Assembly: GCA_945290265.1 (NCBI GenBank) | Contig: CALYQW010000008.1 | Coordinates: 3,494 to 67,493 of the forward strand | Length of the DNA stretch: 64,000 nucleotides | From: an uncultured Erwinia sp. | Lineage (GTDB): Bacteria > Pseudomonadota > Gammaproteobacteria > Enterobacterales > Enterobacteriaceae | Direction: 5' to 3' | In this document: positions 19,382-33,000 of the stretch, piece by piece | Layout of the letters: each line of letters starts with the position of its first letter | Numbering within the stretch: the stretch's first letter is position 1 | The notes under the pieces: model-generated | Databases searched by the model: none | Told to the model about the DNA's origin: nothing | The model's input: the letters and a program-made list of their open reading frames with translations, nothing else | Made by a program: the position numbers and the translations under genes

Positions 19382-19834
19382 TTAAGTAGATGGTGACAGG
19401 CGTTTAACCGCCGTCTGTAAAGCCCAGGAATAGCCGTCGACGCCAAGCCCGCAGATCACGCCGGCAGAAATATCAGAAAGATATGAATGATGGCGAAAAG
19501 GTTCACGGGCATGCACGTTTGACAGGTGAACTTCGATAAACGGGATATCCACTGCCAGAAGCGCATCACGCAGCGCAACGCTGGTGTGCGTAAATGCAGC
19601 CGGATTGATGACGATATAATCGACCTGGCCTTTAGCCTGGTGGATCCGATCAATTAACACATGTTCCGCATTGGACTGGAGATGGCTCAGGGAAACGTTC
19701 AACTGCTCCGCCTGTTGGGTCAGATCGCTGACAATATCATCGAGCGTGGTAACCCCATAGGTTTCCGGCTCACGGCTGCCCAGCAGATTAAGGTTGGGAC
19801 CGTTTAAAAGCAATATATGTAACTTGCCTGCCAT
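19382..19834 (-). CDS. aroQ: Type II 3-dehydroquinate dehydratase
   Basis: From ORF 19382..19900. The family start is at ATG 19834 ([27 protein letters not shown]). Also contains [16 protein letters not shown]. An aroQ-accBC arrangement is common outside E. coli. Confidence 0.93.
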   Translation of the reverse strand: MAGKLHILLLNGPNLNLLGSREPETYGVTTLDDIVSDLTQQAEQLNVSLSHLQSNAEHVLIDRIHQAKGQVDYIVINPAAFTHTSVALRDALLAVDIPFIEVHLSNVHAREPFRHHSYLSDISAGVICGLGVDGYSWALQTAVKRLSPST

Positions 19835-20027
19835 CCTGCTGCCATCCTCCGCGATAATTGAGTTATCGCACAAAATACATTGCCAAACGGCATTTGTCAC
19901 CTTTTCAGCAGAAATTTAGATCCCGGCGGTCAGAAAATCGCGGCATTATAACCATATCAGCGCAAATAGCAGCTAATTAGTTAACATATCCGCGAAGTTG
20001 ATTTTAAAGGTAGGATCGGGCAGGTTT

Positions 20028-20630
20028 TCAGGGAAACCAGCGTTTCAGCTTTTTGTAACGCCATAACAGCAATATGGCGGCGCAGATCGCATACAGCCAC
20101 GGACGTGGTGACAGCGTTTTAACCGACCAAAGATAGTGAACCGGTGCCAGAATTGCCACCAGGTAGATGAAATTATGCAGACGCTGCCAGTTTTTCCCCA
20201 TTCTGCGCTGTGCCCACTGCAGTGAGGTCAGCGCCAACAGCAGCAGAACCGACCAGCTGAGAATGCCGAAGGTGAGATAAGGGCGCGAAATCAGTTCCGA
20301 TCCCAGTAGTGCAAGGTTGTTAATCCCCAGTTCCAGCAGCCAGTAGCTGAGCAAATGCAGACTGGCCCAGCTGAAACACCACAGCCCCACCAGCCGGCGC
20401 ACGCGGATTAACAGCGGTTGTTTCAGCAGGCGCGCCAGCGGGCTGACGGCCAGGGTGCCCAGCAGAAACTTCAGCGCCATCAGGCCGGTAAAATGCTGAA
20501 TATCTTTCGCCGGATCGGCACTGAATGCGCCACTTCTGAGGGAAAACAGCAGCCACAGCAGCGGCAGCAGCCCGGTCAGGTGCAGCAGGATTTTTAGCAC
20601 GGTGATCTGTTTCAGCGTCAGGCGCATCAT
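20028..20630 (-). CDS. msrQ: Protein-methionine-sulfoxide reductase heme-binding subunit MsrQ (YedZ)
   Basis: 200-aa membrane ORF. Contains [14 protein letters not shown] and [20 protein letters not shown]. The start may be the second ATG at 20627. Confidence 0.92.
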   Translation of the reverse strand: MMRLTLKQITVLKILLHLTGLLPLLWLLFSLRSGAFSADPAKDIQHFTGLMALKFLLGTLAVSPLARLLKQPLLIRVRRLVGLWCFSWASLHLLSYWLLELGINNLALLGSELISRPYLTFGILSWSVLLLLALTSLQWAQRRMGKNWQRLHNFIYLVAILAPVHYLWSVKTLSPRPWLYAICAAILLLWRYKKLKRWFP

Positions 20631-21626
20631 TCAGAAATACTCCCGCAAATTCATCCCACGATACAGCCGGGCCACCTGATCGCCATAACCATTAAACAGC
20701 AGGGTGGGCTGACGTTTGACATCCAGGATTCCACCGCTACCAATCACCCGTTCGCTGGCCTGCGACCAGCGCGGATGGTCAACGTGCGGATTCACATTGG
20801 CATAAAAACCGTATTCTTCGGGTGCCAGCTGATTCCAGGTGGTTGGCGGCTGGCAGCTGGTCAGGGTGATTTTGACAATCGACTTGATGCCCTTAAACCC
20901 GTATTTCCACGGCACAATCAGACGAATGGGGGCACCATTTTGTGGCGGCAGGGTTTTGCCATACACCCCGGTGGCCAGCAGTGTTAACGGATGCATGGCT
21001 TCGTCCAGACGTAAGCCTTCCACATAGGGATAGCTCAGGCCACCGCCGATAAAGCTGTCTTTCTGACCTGGCATTTCATCCGGCGCATAGCGCGTCTGAA
21101 AGGCGACAAAGCGAGCTTTGCTGGTGGGTTCGGCCGCCTGCAGCAGTTTTGCCAGTGAAAAACCGACCCAGGGGACCACCATTGACCAGGCTTCCACACA
21201 GCGCAGACGGTAAATGCGCTGCTCCATGGCAAAACGCTTAAAAATGGCGTCCATATCCAGCGTCAGCGGTTTTGCCACTTCACCGTCAATCTGCAATTGC
21301 CAGCCGTCGGTCTTCAGCGTACCTGCATTTCTGGCGGGAGCGGCTTTATCCAGACCAAACTCGTAAAAGTTATTGTAACCAGTGACTTTATCCTCCGGCG
21401 TCAGCGGCAGATCGTTCTGATACTGTGCCGGCCGGGTCAGGGTAATCGGCTTACCCGGCTGAGGTTTGGCAGGCGCATCGCCGCTCAGCCACGACAAAAT
21501 ATCGGCACTGCCGGTGGCGGGGAGTGACAGCGCTGCCGCGCTGATCCCTAACTGTTTCAGCAGCGTGCGGCGACGCAGGAAAAAAATCGCTTCCGGCGTG
21601 ATATCGTTATCTGTAAGTTTTTTCAT
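20631..21626 (-). CDS. msrP: Protein-methionine-sulfoxide reductase catalytic (molybdopterin) subunit MsrP (YedY)
   Basis: From ORF 20631..21632. ATG 21626 has a GAGGAG Shine-Dalgarno 5 nt upstream. Tat signal: [27 protein letters not shown]. Long identity runs to E. coli MsrP ([36 protein letters not shown]). Confidence 0.95.
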   Translation of the reverse strand: MKKLTDNDITPEAIFFLRRRTLLKQLGISAAALSLPATGSADILSWLSGDAPAKPQPGKPITLTRPAQYQNDLPLTPEDKVTGYNNFYEFGLDKAAPARNAGTLKTDGWQLQIDGEVAKPLTLDMDAIFKRFAMEQRIYRLRCVEAWSMVVPWVGFSLAKLLQAAEPTSKARFVAFQTRYAPDEMPGQKDSFIGGGLSYPYVEGLRLDEAMHPLTLLATGVYGKTLPPQNGAPIRLIVPWKYGFKGIKSIVKITLTSCQPPTTWNQLAPEEYGFYANVNPHVDHPRWSQASERVIGSGGILDVKRQPTLLFNGYGDQVARLYRGMNLREYF

Positions 21627-21653
21627 TGTCACTCCTCACTGACCGCTACTGAC

Positions 21654-22634
21654 TCAGCCGCCTATATTGACCAGCGTTCGGCCGGTTAGCTGATTATTCA
21701 GCAGCTGTTCCGCTGCATCCGCCGCCTGTTCCAGCGTCACTTCATTGACCACCTGCTGATAAAATGCAGCGGGCAGGCTTTCCTGTAAACGTTGCCAGGC
21801 CGTGACGCGTTGTGCCTGGGGCACCATTACCGAGTCTACGCCCTGCAGGCGCACATTACGTAAAATAAATGGCATCACGCTGGTGGGTAAGGCCACATCA
21901 CCGGCCAGACCACAGGCGGCGACCACGCCGCCGTAAGCCGTCTGCGCCAGAACGCTGGCCAGCACCTGACCTCCCACGGTATCAATAGCGGCCGACCAGC
22001 GCTGTTTTTCCAGCGGGCGCGAGACGGCGCTGAAATCAGCGCGCGGTAAAATATGCTGCGCACCCAGTTGGCGTAGATAGTCATGCGTGCTCTGCCGCCC
22101 ACTCACTGCCGTCACCCGGTAGCCGAGATGACTGAGGATGGCTATCGCCGTGCTGCCCACGCCGCCACTGGCCCCGGTCACCAGGATATCACCGCTAGCC
22201 GGGGTAATGCCGCCCTGTTCCAGCGCCATCACGCATAGCATGGCGGTAAAGCCTGCTGTACCGAGGATCATCGCCTGACGCACACTGAGACCGGTAGGTA
22301 GCGCTACCAGCCAGTCAGCGCTAATCCGCGCCTGCTCTGCGAGACCACCCCAGTGGTTTTCTCCTACCCCCCAGCCGGTTAGCAGCACCGCCTGGCCGGG
22401 AGCAAAACGGGAGTCGCTACTGGACTGCACCTTACCGGCAAAATCAATACCGGGCACCATGGGAAAGTGTCGAATAATTTTACCCTTGCCAGTAATGGCC
22501 AGCGCATCCTTATAATTAATTCCCGACCAGGCAATATCCACCACCACTTCCCCGGCAGGCAAATCGCTGCTGTCGATGGATTTAATATTCCTGCTTATGT
22601 TTCCGTCTGAATTTTCCAAAATTAGAGCCAGCAT
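21654..22634 (-). CDS. acuI: Acrylyl-CoA reductase / YhdH-type zinc-independent MDR oxidoreductase
   Basis: 326 aa. YhdH-family text: SGINYKDALAITGKGKIIR.FPMVPGIDFAG, VTGASGGVGS. Syntenic position next to csrD. Confidence 0.9.
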   Translation of the reverse strand: MLALILENSDGNISRNIKSIDSSDLPAGEVVVDIAWSGINYKDALAITGKGKIIRHFPMVPGIDFAGKVQSSSDSRFAPGQAVLLTGWGVGENHWGGLAEQARISADWLVALPTGLSVRQAMILGTAGFTAMLCVMALEQGGITPASGDILVTGASGGVGSTAIAILSHLGYRVTAVSGRQSTHDYLRQLGAQHILPRADFSAVSRPLEKQRWSAAIDTVGGQVLASVLAQTAYGGVVAACGLAGDVALPTSVMPFILRNVRLQGVDSVMVPQAQRVTAWQRLQESLPAAFYQQVVNEVTLEQAADAAEQLLNNQLTGRTLVNIGG

Positions 22635-22978
22635 AATTACCTCTTTTTAATCTAATTAATGGAATTATATCTTGTCATTCCCGCTATTTAGCGGGGGTCG
22701 CTGTGCCTGTTCAGTCACATTCTGCGCATTTTGTCACTACGTTGAGCGATTTTCCCATTGTTTTTTAATATTTACTATCGCCAGGGATAATAACTTCTGA
22801 TACCAAAAAAATTTATGATATTAAGAATCATTACTCGAACGTAGGGGAATCATTGTTTAATAAATTATGGTATTTTTCTTATGTCCGTTACGGACGTAAC
22901 TAATTTTTTTCGATCATTGCCGAAACGTGTCACCTGCGGCCGTGTTCGTTCCCGTGATGTCATTACATGGACACAAGG

Positions 22979-24931
22979 ATGCGATTAACCACCAAACTTT
23001 CTGTAATTATTACGCTGTTATGTGCGCTTACTATGCTGTTAATGCTGGTTGGCTGCGTCGCCAGTTTCTTTTACTTAAGTAATGAGCGCGATGAACAGCG
23101 CGTAGCGCGTTTATCCGAAGAAGTTGATCGGGCGTTACTGACCCAAACACCTCAGCAAATTGAAGGCTGGCTGCGTAAGGTGATGAATCCGCTTCATATT
23201 CAGCGCATTGAGCTGATAGATCGCAGTGATAACCGGGTGCTGCATATCAACCTGCGTCAGGTATCGCTGTACGATGATGAGCCGAACCGCTACCACTATA
23301 CTCAGGTCGCCTTAGCGCAACATGCGGATTTAAAGATGCGTATCCGATGGGTGGATCCTACCCGGACTTGGTTTGCATCGATGTTCGGTACCTCCATGAT
23401 CATTGCTGTCACGACAGTGGTATTGATTATGGCAATGCTCCTGTTGCAGGCGCAGCGCTGGTTGTATCGCCAGCTGAAAGGCATGGAGCGGCTGGAAGCG
23501 CGTGCGCAGTTGATTATCTGTGGTGAGCGCAGTTCAGTACGCCCCGGTTCGGTACATGAGTGGCCACCGAAAGCCAGCAGCGCGATTGATCTGCTGCTGT
23601 CGGATCTGCGCGAAGCCGGTGAACAACATACCCGTATCGATACGCTTATTCGCTCATTTGCCGCTCAGGACTCGCGTACCGGGCTGAATAACCGCCTGTT
23701 CTTTGATAACCAGTTGACCACGCTGCTGGAAGATCCCGAATCGGTAGGTACCCACGGGATGGTGATGATGATCCGCGTCCCGGACTTTGACTTGTTGAAT
23801 GAAAAGTGGGGGCATAATGCGCTGCAGGACTATCTGTTCGCGCTGGTCAATATGCTGTCTACTTTTGTTCTGCGTTACCCGGGTGCTCTACTGGCACGCT
23901 ATTTTCGCAGTGACTTTGCAGTGTTGTTACCTCATCGCAGCGTCAAAGATGCTGATGGGATTGCCTCGCAGCTGATCAAGGCGGTGGATTCGCTGCCACC
24001 AACGCGCATGCTGAACCGAAGCGATATGATCCATATCGGCATCAGCGGCTGGTCCAGCGGCCAGACCACCCAGCAGGTGATGGAAAATGTTGAACTGGCA
24101 ACCCGCCATGCCACCCTGCAGGGCGGCAACAACTGGTCAGTGGGGGAAGGAGCCAGCCAGGATAACAGCCGCGGTAGCGTGAAATGGCGCACGCTGCTGG
24201 AAAATACCCTTGAGCGCGGTGGCCCTCGGTTGTACCAGAAACCAGCGGTGACTGCCCAGGGCAATGTCCATCACCGTGAAATGATGCCGCGTATCTTTGA
24301 TGGCGAGAAAGAGCTGCTGGCCGCCGAATATCTGCCAATGGTGCAACAACTGGGACTGGCAGAGCGTTATGACCGGTTGCTGGTGACCAGGATCAAGGCG
24401 CTGATGGAGTTGTGGGAAGAAGAAACGCTGGCGATCCCGCTGACGGTGGACTCTATTTTGCAGCGCAGCTTCCTTAACTGGCTGCGCGATATGTTGCTAC
24501 AGTGCACCCGGGCGCAAAGAAAACGCATTTTATTTGAACTTGCAGAGGCGGATGTGTGTCAACACATCAGCCGGCTGCAACCGGTATTTCATATGTTGTA
24601 TGGCTTTGGCTGTAGTGTGGCGGTGAATCAGGCCGGGCTGACGGTGGTCAGTACCGCGTATATCAGCCAGCTGCAGGTGAAGTTGATTAAACTCCATCCC
24701 GGACTGGTGCGTAATATTGAGCGCCGCATGGAAAACCAGCTCTTTGTTCAGAGTCTGTTGGAAGGCTGTAAAAAAACCGGCACCCAGATATTTGCGGCGG
24801 GCGTCCGCTTCCGACAGGAGTGGCAGACGCTCTCTGAACTGGGTTTATCGGGAGGACAGGGCGATTTTTTCGCTTCTTCTCAGCCGGTTGACAGAAATGT
24901 GAAAAAATATTCACAAAGATATCGAGTTTAA
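22979..24931 (+). CDS. csrD: RNase E specificity factor CsrD (degenerate GGDEF-EAL protein)
   Basis: From ORF 22967..24931. The conserved start MRLTTKLS is at 22979. Contains TGLNNRLFFDNQLTTLLED, PGALLARYFRSDFAVLLPHR and the C-terminus GGQGDFFASSQPVDRNVKKYSQRY.V, as in E. coli CsrD. Confidence 0.95.
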   Translation: MRLTTKLSVIITLLCALTMLLMLVGCVASFFYLSNERDEQRVARLSEEVDRALLTQTPQQIEGWLRKVMNPLHIQRIELIDRSDNRVLHINLRQVSLYDDEPNRYHYTQVALAQHADLKMRIRWVDPTRTWFASMFGTSMIIAVTTVVLIMAMLLLQAQRWLYRQLKGMERLEARAQLIICGERSSVRPGSVHEWPPKASSAIDLLLSDLREAGEQHTRIDTLIRSFAAQDSRTGLNNRLFFDNQLTTLLEDPESVGTHGMVMMIRVPDFDLLNEKWGHNALQDYLFALVNMLSTFVLRYPGALLARYFRSDFAVLLPHRSVKDADGIASQLIKAVDSLPPTRMLNRSDMIHIGISGWSSGQTTQQVMENVELATRHATLQGGNNWSVGEGASQDNSRGSVKWRTLLENTLERGGPRLYQKPAVTAQGNVHHREMMPRIFDGEKELLAAEYLPMVQQLGLAERYDRLLVTRIKALMELWEEETLAIPLTVDSILQRSFLNWLRDMLLQCTRAQRKRILFELAEADVCQHISRLQPVFHMLYGFGCSVAVNQAGLTVVSTAYISQLQVKLIKLHPGLVRNIERRMENQLFVQSLLEGCKKTGTQIFAAGVRFRQEWQTLSELGLSGGQGDFFASSQPVDRNVKKYSQRYRV

Positions 24932-25206
24932 TCTGTGGTTTGGCTGGATTTCACGTAGAATAGCCGCGTGATTGGCGGAGGCCGGTAAAATTTGCCTTCT
25001 CCATGAATATGACTAAAAATGCTAACATTTATGTATCTTATGTCTATGTTTTTACCGACCGGGATGCGTCGGGTGCCTGATACAGCGGCTTTTGCTAACT
25101 TTTTCCGGCTGCTGGGGTGAATAACCGGACGTGAGACAGCAACGATTTTTCACCGGAACAGTATGTTTTAGCGCCTTGTCGCGGTTCCGTGTGGTTGATA
25201 AAGTAA

Positions 25207-26295
<1,089 letters not shown>

Positions 26296-26305
26296 TTTTC
26301 CTGAA

Positions 26306-26340
26306 GGAGCGCAGGTACGCTGTTATCTGCGCTCCTTTTT
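26306..26340 (+). terminator. mreB-mreC intercistronic hairpin / partial terminator
   Basis: GGAGCGCAG (26306..26314) pairs with CTGCGCTCC (26327..26335) and is followed by TTTTT, 10 nt after the mreB stop. Confidence 0.6.
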
Positions 26341-26367
26341 CATGTTGTTGAGGAAAACGCCCAGTTT

Positions 26368-27390
26368 ATGAAGCCGATTTTCAGCAGGAAATCTTCCCTG
26401 CAGCTCCGCCTTTTTTTGGCGCTACTGGTGGCAATAGGTGTAATTATTGCCGATAGCCGGATGGGCGCGTTCACCAAAGTCCGTACTTATATGGACACCG
26501 CCGTCAGCCCGTTCTATTTTCTCGCGAACGGCCCTCGCCAGATCCTGGACAGTATTTCTCAAACCCTGGCCTCACGCCAGCAGCTTGAGCTGGAAAACAA
26601 AACCCTGCACCGTGAACTGATGCTGAAAAACAGCGAGCTGCTACTGCTCGGCCAGTTTAAGCAGGAAAACGCACGTCTGCGTGAACTGCTCGGCTCGCCA
26701 CTGCGTCAGGATGAGCAGAAAATGGTGACGCAGGTGATCTCCACCGCCACCGATCCTTATACCGACCAGCTGGTGATTGATAAAGGCAGCGTCAATGGCG
26801 TGTATGAAGGGCAGCCGGTCATCAGTGATAAAGGTGTGGTCGGACAGGTGATCGGGGTGGGTAAAATTACCAGCCGGATACTGCTGATTTGTGATGCCGC
26901 CCATGCGCTGCCGATTCAGGTACTGCGTAATGATATTCGCGTGATTGCCGCCGGTAATGGCTGTTCGGAAGATCTGCAACTGGAGCATCTGCCGGCTAAT
27001 ACCGATATTCGGGTCGGGGATGTGTTAGTTACATCCGGTCTGGGTGGTCGCTTCCCGGAGGGCTACCCTGTAGGCGTGGTTTCTTCGGTGAAACTGGATA
27101 CCCAGCGCGCCTATACCGTGATAAAAGCACGTCCCACCGCCGGATTGCAGCGCCTGCGCTATCTGTTATTGTTGTGGGGTGCTGATCGCAATGGTGTTGC
27201 ACCAATGGCACCGGATGAAGTACACCGCATCGCCAACGAACGTTTAATGCAAATGATGCCACAGGTGCTGCCACCTGCGGCAGATATGGGACCGCCTGCG
27301 CCGCCGACAGCCGCGGCGGCGGCGAGTCAGCCGGCAACAGCCGGATCCGCGACAACACCGCGTCCGACGTTGAGTGGAGGTCAGCCTTGA
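26368..27390 (+). CDS. mreC: Rod-shape-determining protein MreC
   Basis: 340 aa. Has MKPIFSR...LRLFLA, a coiled-coil segment, the beta-domain text [22 protein letters not shown], and a Pro/Ala-rich tail. Confidence 0.96.
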   Translation: MKPIFSRKSSLQLRLFLALLVAIGVIIADSRMGAFTKVRTYMDTAVSPFYFLANGPRQILDSISQTLASRQQLELENKTLHRELMLKNSELLLLGQFKQENARLRELLGSPLRQDEQKMVTQVISTATDPYTDQLVIDKGSVNGVYEGQPVISDKGVVGQVIGVGKITSRILLICDAAHALPIQVLRNDIRVIAAGNGCSEDLQLEHLPANTDIRVGDVLVTSGLGGRFPEGYPVGVVSSVKLDTQRAYTVIKARPTAGLQRLRYLLLLWGADRNGVAPMAPDEVHRIANERLMQMMPQVLPPAADMGPPAPPTAAAAASQPATAGSATTPRPTLSGGQP

Positions 27391-27875
27391 ATAGTTACTG
27401 CGGTCACGGGCGTTGGGTTATCTGGCTTTCTTTTCTGGTGGCGCTGGTGCTACAGATTATGCCCTGGCCCGATCAATTGTTGATGTACCGTCCGTCATGG
27501 CTGCTGTTGCTACTGATTTACTGGGTGCTGGCGTTGCCACATCGGGTGAATGTAGGCACCGGTTTTATGATGGGCTCGGTGATGGATTTGATCTCTGGCT
27601 CTACGCTCGGGGTGCGGGCGCTGGCGCTGAGCATTATTGCCTATCTGGTAGCATTTAAATGCCAGCTGTTACGCAACCTGGCGCTGTGGCAGCAGGCCTG
27701 CCTGGTGATGGTGCTGGCGCTGGCGGTTGATGTTATTGTTTTCTGGGCGGAATTTCTGGTAATTAATGTCTCTTTCCGCCCGGAAATATTCTGGGGTAGC
27801 GTGATTGATGGTATTCTCTGGCCCTGGCTGTACCTGCTGATGCGTAAGATTCGTCATCAGTTCATCGTACAATAA
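27387..27875 (+). CDS. mreD: Rod-shape-determining protein MreD
   Basis: 162 aa. [21 protein letters not shown]...[13 protein letters not shown]...[13 protein letters not shown] is near-identical to E. coli MreD. A TTG start overlaps the mreC stop, so the exact start is uncertain. Confidence 0.93.
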   Translation: MNSYCGHGRWVIWLSFLVALVLQIMPWPDQLLMYRPSWLLLLLIYWVLALPHRVNVGTGFMMGSVMDLISGSTLGVRALALSIIAYLVAFKCQLLRNLALWQQACLVMVLALAVDVIVFWAEFLVINVSFRPEIFWGSVIDGILWPWLYLLMRKIRHQFIVQ

Positions 27876-27884
27876 AGGATCATT

Positions 27885-28478
27885 ATGGTGTCCCTGTATC
27901 TGGCTTCCGGCTCTCCGCGTCGTCGTGAACTGCTGACGCAACTTGGCCTCTGCTTTGAACGCCTGGTGACGGAAGTGGAAGAACAGCGCGAGCCGAATGA
28001 GCTCCCCACCGACTACGTGCGCCGCCTGGCGCAGGACAAAGCCCGCGCTGGCGTGGCGGTCGCGCCCGCTGATTTACCGGTATTGGGAGCCGATACCATA
28101 GTGGTTTTTAATCAGCAGGTGCTGGAAAAGCCGCAAAATGAAGCCGATGCGGCGGCGATGCTGGCACTGCTGTCCGGTCAGACCCATCAGGTGATGACGG
28201 CGGTGGCTCTGGCCTCAAAGCATCATCTGCTTGATTGCCTGGTGACCACAGAGGTCACATTCCGTTCGCTAAGTCCCCAGGATATTGCCAGCTATATCGC
28301 CAGCGGGGAACCGATGGATAAAGCCGGTGGCTACGGTATTCAGGGGCTGGGCGGCAATTTTGTCAGAAAGATTAACGGCAGCTATCACGCGGTGGTAGGG
28401 CTGCCGTTGGTGGAAACCGCTGAATTGCTGCAGCGTTTCCGGCAACTGCGTGACGTAAGAGGACAAGATGACAGCTGA
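27885..28478 (+). CDS. yhdE: Maf-family dTTP/UTP pyrophosphatase YhdE
   Basis: 197 aa. Contains [34 protein letters not shown]. Confidence 0.93.
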   Translation: MVSLYLASGSPRRRELLTQLGLCFERLVTEVEEQREPNELPTDYVRRLAQDKARAGVAVAPADLPVLGADTIVVFNQQVLEKPQNEADAAAMLALLSGQTHQVMTAVALASKHHLLDCLVTTEVTFRSLSPQDIASYIASGEPMDKAGGYGIQGLGGNFVRKINGSYHAVVGLPLVETAELLQRFRQLRDVRGQDDS

Positions 28479-29937
28479 GTTGCTGGTCAATATTACCCCG
28501 TCAGAAACCCGTGTCGCCTGGATTGACGGCGGTATCCTGCAGGAAATCCACATTGAACGTGAAGCGCGTCGGGGCATTGTCGGTAATATTTATAAAGGCC
28601 GGGTCAGCCGGGTGTTACCGGGGATGCAGGCGGCTTTTGTTGATATCGGTCTGGAGAAAGCCGCCTTTCTGCATGCTTCGGATATTATGCCGCACACTGA
28701 GTGCGTTGCCGGCGATGAACGTAAAAATTTCGCGGTGCGCGATATTTCTGAACTGGTGCGCCAGGGGCAGGATTTGATGGTGCAGGTGGTCAAAGATCCC
28801 CTTGGCACTAAAGGCGCGCGCCTGACCACCGATATTACCTTACCCTCGCGCTATCTGGTGTTTATGCCGGGTGCCTCGCACGTTGGCGTTTCCCAGCGCA
28901 TTGACAGTGAGGCCGAACGCGAGCGTCTGAAAGCGGTGGTGGCAGGCTACTGTGATGAACTGGGCGGCTATATTATTCGCACAGCGGCGGAAGGCGTGGG
29001 CGAGGATGAACTGGCCTCGGATGCCGCCTATCTCAAGCGTCTGTGGGTAAAGGTGCTGGAGCGTAAAAAACGCAATAAAACCCGCTGCCGTCTGTACGGT
29101 GAGGTGGCGCTGTCACAGCGTATCCTGCGTGATTTTGCCGGTGCCGCGCTGGATCGCATCCGTATTGACTCGCGTCAGAGCTGGGAGCAGCTGGTGGAGT
29201 TTACCGGTGAATATATTCCGGAAATGACGGCAAAGCTGGAGCTGTATAGCGGTAAACAACCGATCTTCGATCTGTTCGATGTTGAAAATGAAATTCAGCG
29301 TTCGCTTGATCGTAAGGTGGAACTGAAATCCGGTGGTTATCTGATTATTGATCAGACCGAAGCCATGACCACCATTGATATCAATACCGGTGCCTTTGTT
29401 GGCCACCGCAATCTTGATGAAACCATCTTCAATACTAATATTGAAGCGACCCAGGCTATCGCCCGCCAATTGCGTCTGCGCAATCTGGGCGGCATCATCA
29501 TTATCGACTTTATTGATATGAGTAACGAAGACCACCGTCGTCGCGTACTACACTCACTGGAACATGCGCTGAGCAAAGATCGGGTGAAAACCGGTATCCA
29601 CGGCTTCTCTCAGCTGGGGCTGGTGGAAATGACCCGCAAGCGTACCCGTGAGAGCATTGAGCATGTGCTGTGTGAAGACTGTCCGGTGTGCAAAGGCCGC
29701 GGTACCCTGAAAACGGTGGAGACGGTGTGTCATGAAATTATGCGTGAAATTGTGCGGGTGCATCACGCCTATGAATCAGACCGTTTTCTGGTGTATGCCT
29801 CACCAGCGGTGGCTGAGGCGCTGAAAAGCGATGAATCTCATGCGCTGGCGGAAGTGGAAATTTTCGTTGGTAAGCAGGTCAAGGTTCATATGGAGCCACT
29901 CTACACCCAGCAGCAGTTTGATGTGGTAATGATGTAA
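28468..29937 (+). CDS. rng: Ribonuclease G
   Basis: 489 aa. Contains [17 protein letters not shown], the S1 domain text [23 protein letters not shown], and the catalytic region [12 protein letters not shown]. Confidence 0.98.
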   Translation: MTAELLVNITPSETRVAWIDGGILQEIHIEREARRGIVGNIYKGRVSRVLPGMQAAFVDIGLEKAAFLHASDIMPHTECVAGDERKNFAVRDISELVRQGQDLMVQVVKDPLGTKGARLTTDITLPSRYLVFMPGASHVGVSQRIDSEAERERLKAVVAGYCDELGGYIIRTAAEGVGEDELASDAAYLKRLWVKVLERKKRNKTRCRLYGEVALSQRILRDFAGAALDRIRIDSRQSWEQLVEFTGEYIPEMTAKLELYSGKQPIFDLFDVENEIQRSLDRKVELKSGGYLIIDQTEAMTTIDINTGAFVGHRNLDETIFNTNIEATQAIARQLRLRNLGGIIIIDFIDMSNEDHRRRVLHSLEHALSKDRVKTGIHGFSQLGLVEMTRKRTRESIEHVLCEDCPVCKGRGTLKTVETVCHEIMREIVRVHHAYESDRFLVYASPAVAEALKSDESHALAEVEIFVGKQVKVHMEPLYTQQQFDVVMM

Positions 29938-30028
29938 GTCTGTCGTATTAACTGGTCGTCTCCTGTCCGCGAGATATGCAGAGAGTAGTGAGCTGACGTT
30001 GCGTTTACCGGAAGACAAGGAGAGGGTA

Positions 30029-33000
30029 GTGAGGCGATTGCCGGGGATATTATTGCTGACAGGTGCGGCAACAGTGGTGATTATTGCACTGTTGGTCAGC
30101 GGCCTGCGCCTGTTAATGCCTCACCTCAACAGCTGGCGTGAACCCATCCTGGCGCGCGTCACTGCGCTCACCGGGTCGCCGTTGCAGGCCAGCGCGTTAA
30201 GCGGCAGCTGGCAAAATTTTGGCCCACAGCTGGAAATCAAAGATATTCAGGCGCAGCTGCCGGATGGCGGGGTGCTGAAGATTCAGCGCGTTACCCTGGC
30301 GCTGGATGTCTGGCAGTCGCTGCTGCATCTGCGCTGGCAGTTTCGCGATCTTACCTTCTGGCAGCTGCATCTGACTACCAACACGCCGTTAACCCGACGC
30401 AGTGATTCCACCATGGCAACTGACCAGTTGCAGAATCTGTTTCTGCGCCAGTTTGACCACTTTATTCTGCGTGACAGCACCTTTAACTTCGTCACGCCTT
30501 CTGACCAGCGAGCCACCCTGGCGATCCCACAGCTGACCTGGCTGAACGAACGCAGCCGCCACCGGGCGGAAGGTGAGGTCAGCCTGTCGAGCATTACCGG
30601 GCAGCACGGTGTGGTGCAGGTGCGCCTGGATGTCCGCGACCGTAATGGCTTCCTTGATACCGGCAAAGTCTGGCTGCAGGCGGAAAATATCGACGTAAAA
30701 CCCTGGCTGAGCCAGTGGGTGCGCGATAAAACCCGTCTGGACAGCGCTAACTTTACGCTGAATGCGTGGATGGATATCAGTAACGGCGATATCGCCGGCG
30801 GCGCTATTCACCTGCAGACCGGCGGGGCAGCATGGCAGGGCGACAATACCACACATCATTTGAATGTGGACAACCTGCTGGCGCATATCAGCCGCGTCCA
30901 GGGGGGCTGGCAACTGAAGGTGCCGCAGACCCGCTTTATTACTGACGGACAGGCCTGGCCACAGGGGAAACTGGCGCTGCTGTGGCTGCCGGAGAAAACG
31001 CAGCCGGAGCTGCGGGTGCGTCTGACCGATGTCGATTTGACTACCCTGGATCCGCTGTTACCCCTTTCAGCACAGCTGGCACCAGAACTGCTGGAGAACT
31101 GGCAGCAGTTACGGCCGCGCGGGCGGTTACAGGCCGCCGCCGCCGATATCCCGCTGAATAATCCGCAGCAGACACGCTTTCAGGCGCAGTGGCGCGATCT
31201 GGGCTGGCAGGCATGGAAACAGCTGCCGGCGATGGAGCATCTGAATGGTCAGCTGAGCGGCAGCGTCGATGACGGTCGGGTGGCATTCCGGGTGCAGCAG
31301 GCGGTGTTGCAGGTGGGTGATACCTTCCGCGCACCGCTGGAGATCAATCAGGCCAGCGGCGCGCTCAGCTGGCAGCACAACGCGCAGGGGCTGACCCTCT
31401 CCGGGGAACAGCTGGATGTGCAGGCAAAGTCACTGTGGGGACGCGGGGATTTCCGCTATCAGCAGGTGCAGGGTCAGCCGCCCCGATTGGATATTCTCGC
31501 CGGTATTAACGCGACCAATATCGGTGATGCCTGGCGCTATTTCCCGCAAAAGCTGATGGGTAAATCGCTGACAGATTATCTCAGCAGCGCCATTCAGGCA
31601 GGGTCCGTAGAAAATGCCACCCTGATTTTCTCCGGTAACCCGCATCAGTTCCCGTTCCACCATAACGAAGGGATGTTCCAGGTGGCGGTACCAGCCAGGA
31701 ATGCGACCTTTGCTTTCCAGCCCGACTGGTTGCCCCTGACCGATCTGGACGTTGACCTCAACTTTATCAATAACGGGCTGTGGATGGATGCAACGAAAAC
31801 CCGGCTGGGTGAGGTCAGCGGACGCAATATCCAGGCGGTGATCCCGGATTATATGAAGGAGCGGATTGTTATTGATGGTGATGTCAGCGGTTGCGGTGAG
31901 CAGGTTCGTGACTTTTTCAACCACTCGACGTTAAAGAAAACCATTGGCAGCGCGCTGGAACAGCTGAAGGTGACCGGCGAAGTAAGCAGTCGCTTACATC
32001 TGGATATCCCGTTTGATGGCGAACAGGTGAAAGCCAGCGGCGACGTCAACCTGCATCATAACCGCGTGCTGATTAAACCGCTGGGCAGCACGCTGCACCA
32101 GCTGAGCGGGCGTTTCAGCTTTGACAATGGCAACCTGCACAGTGAACCGATGCAGGCGGAATGGTTTGGTCAGCCGCTGAACGTCAGCTTTACCACCCGT
32201 GAAGGCGAAAAAGATTTCCAGGTTGGGGTTAATCTGCAGGCCGACTGGCGACCGGACAAACTGGCGTTGATCCCGGCAGCGTTAAGAGAAAAGCTGGGCG
32301 GACATCTGCCGTGGCAGAGTACTGTGTCGATTGTGCTGCTGCATCACGGGGGGGCCACTTATCAGGTGCAGGCCAAAGGGGACTTTAAAGAAGTAAGCAG
32401 TCACTTACCTTCGCCGCTGGATAAAACCGATAGCGCAGCGCTGCCGGTACAGGTGGAGGCCAGTGGCGATCTGCACAGCTTTACTCTGAGTGGCACCCTG
32501 GCAGACAATCAGCGCTTTAACAGCCGCTGGTTGTTGGGTAAATCGCTGCGTCTGGATCGTGGCGTGCTGACCAATGCGGTGAAAACCCCGCCCCTGCCGG
32601 CGTTCCATGGCCTGTATCTTAATCTGCCGCCAATAAACGGTGAGTCCTGGCTGGCGCTGGCGCTGGCGGCAGGAGCCGGCAGTGAGGCAAATAAACAGGC
32701 CAGCCTGCTGCCAGGAGAAATCCATTTGCATACTCCGGCGCTGAGCCTTGCGGGTCAGCAGTGGCAGGATTTGACGGCGGAGGTCAGCCAGGATCTTGCC
32801 GGTCTGAACGTTAGCGCACAGGGGCGTGAAATTAGGGGTACGCTAAGTATCCGCCATAACGCACCCTGGACAGGCCATATCAAATACCTTTACTACAATC
32901 CGCAGTGGCAGCATCATCCGGGGGAAAAAAACACCGCACAGGTTGATGTTAAGACGCTGGACTTCAGCCGCTGGCCGGCGCTGCGTCTTGACTGTGAACA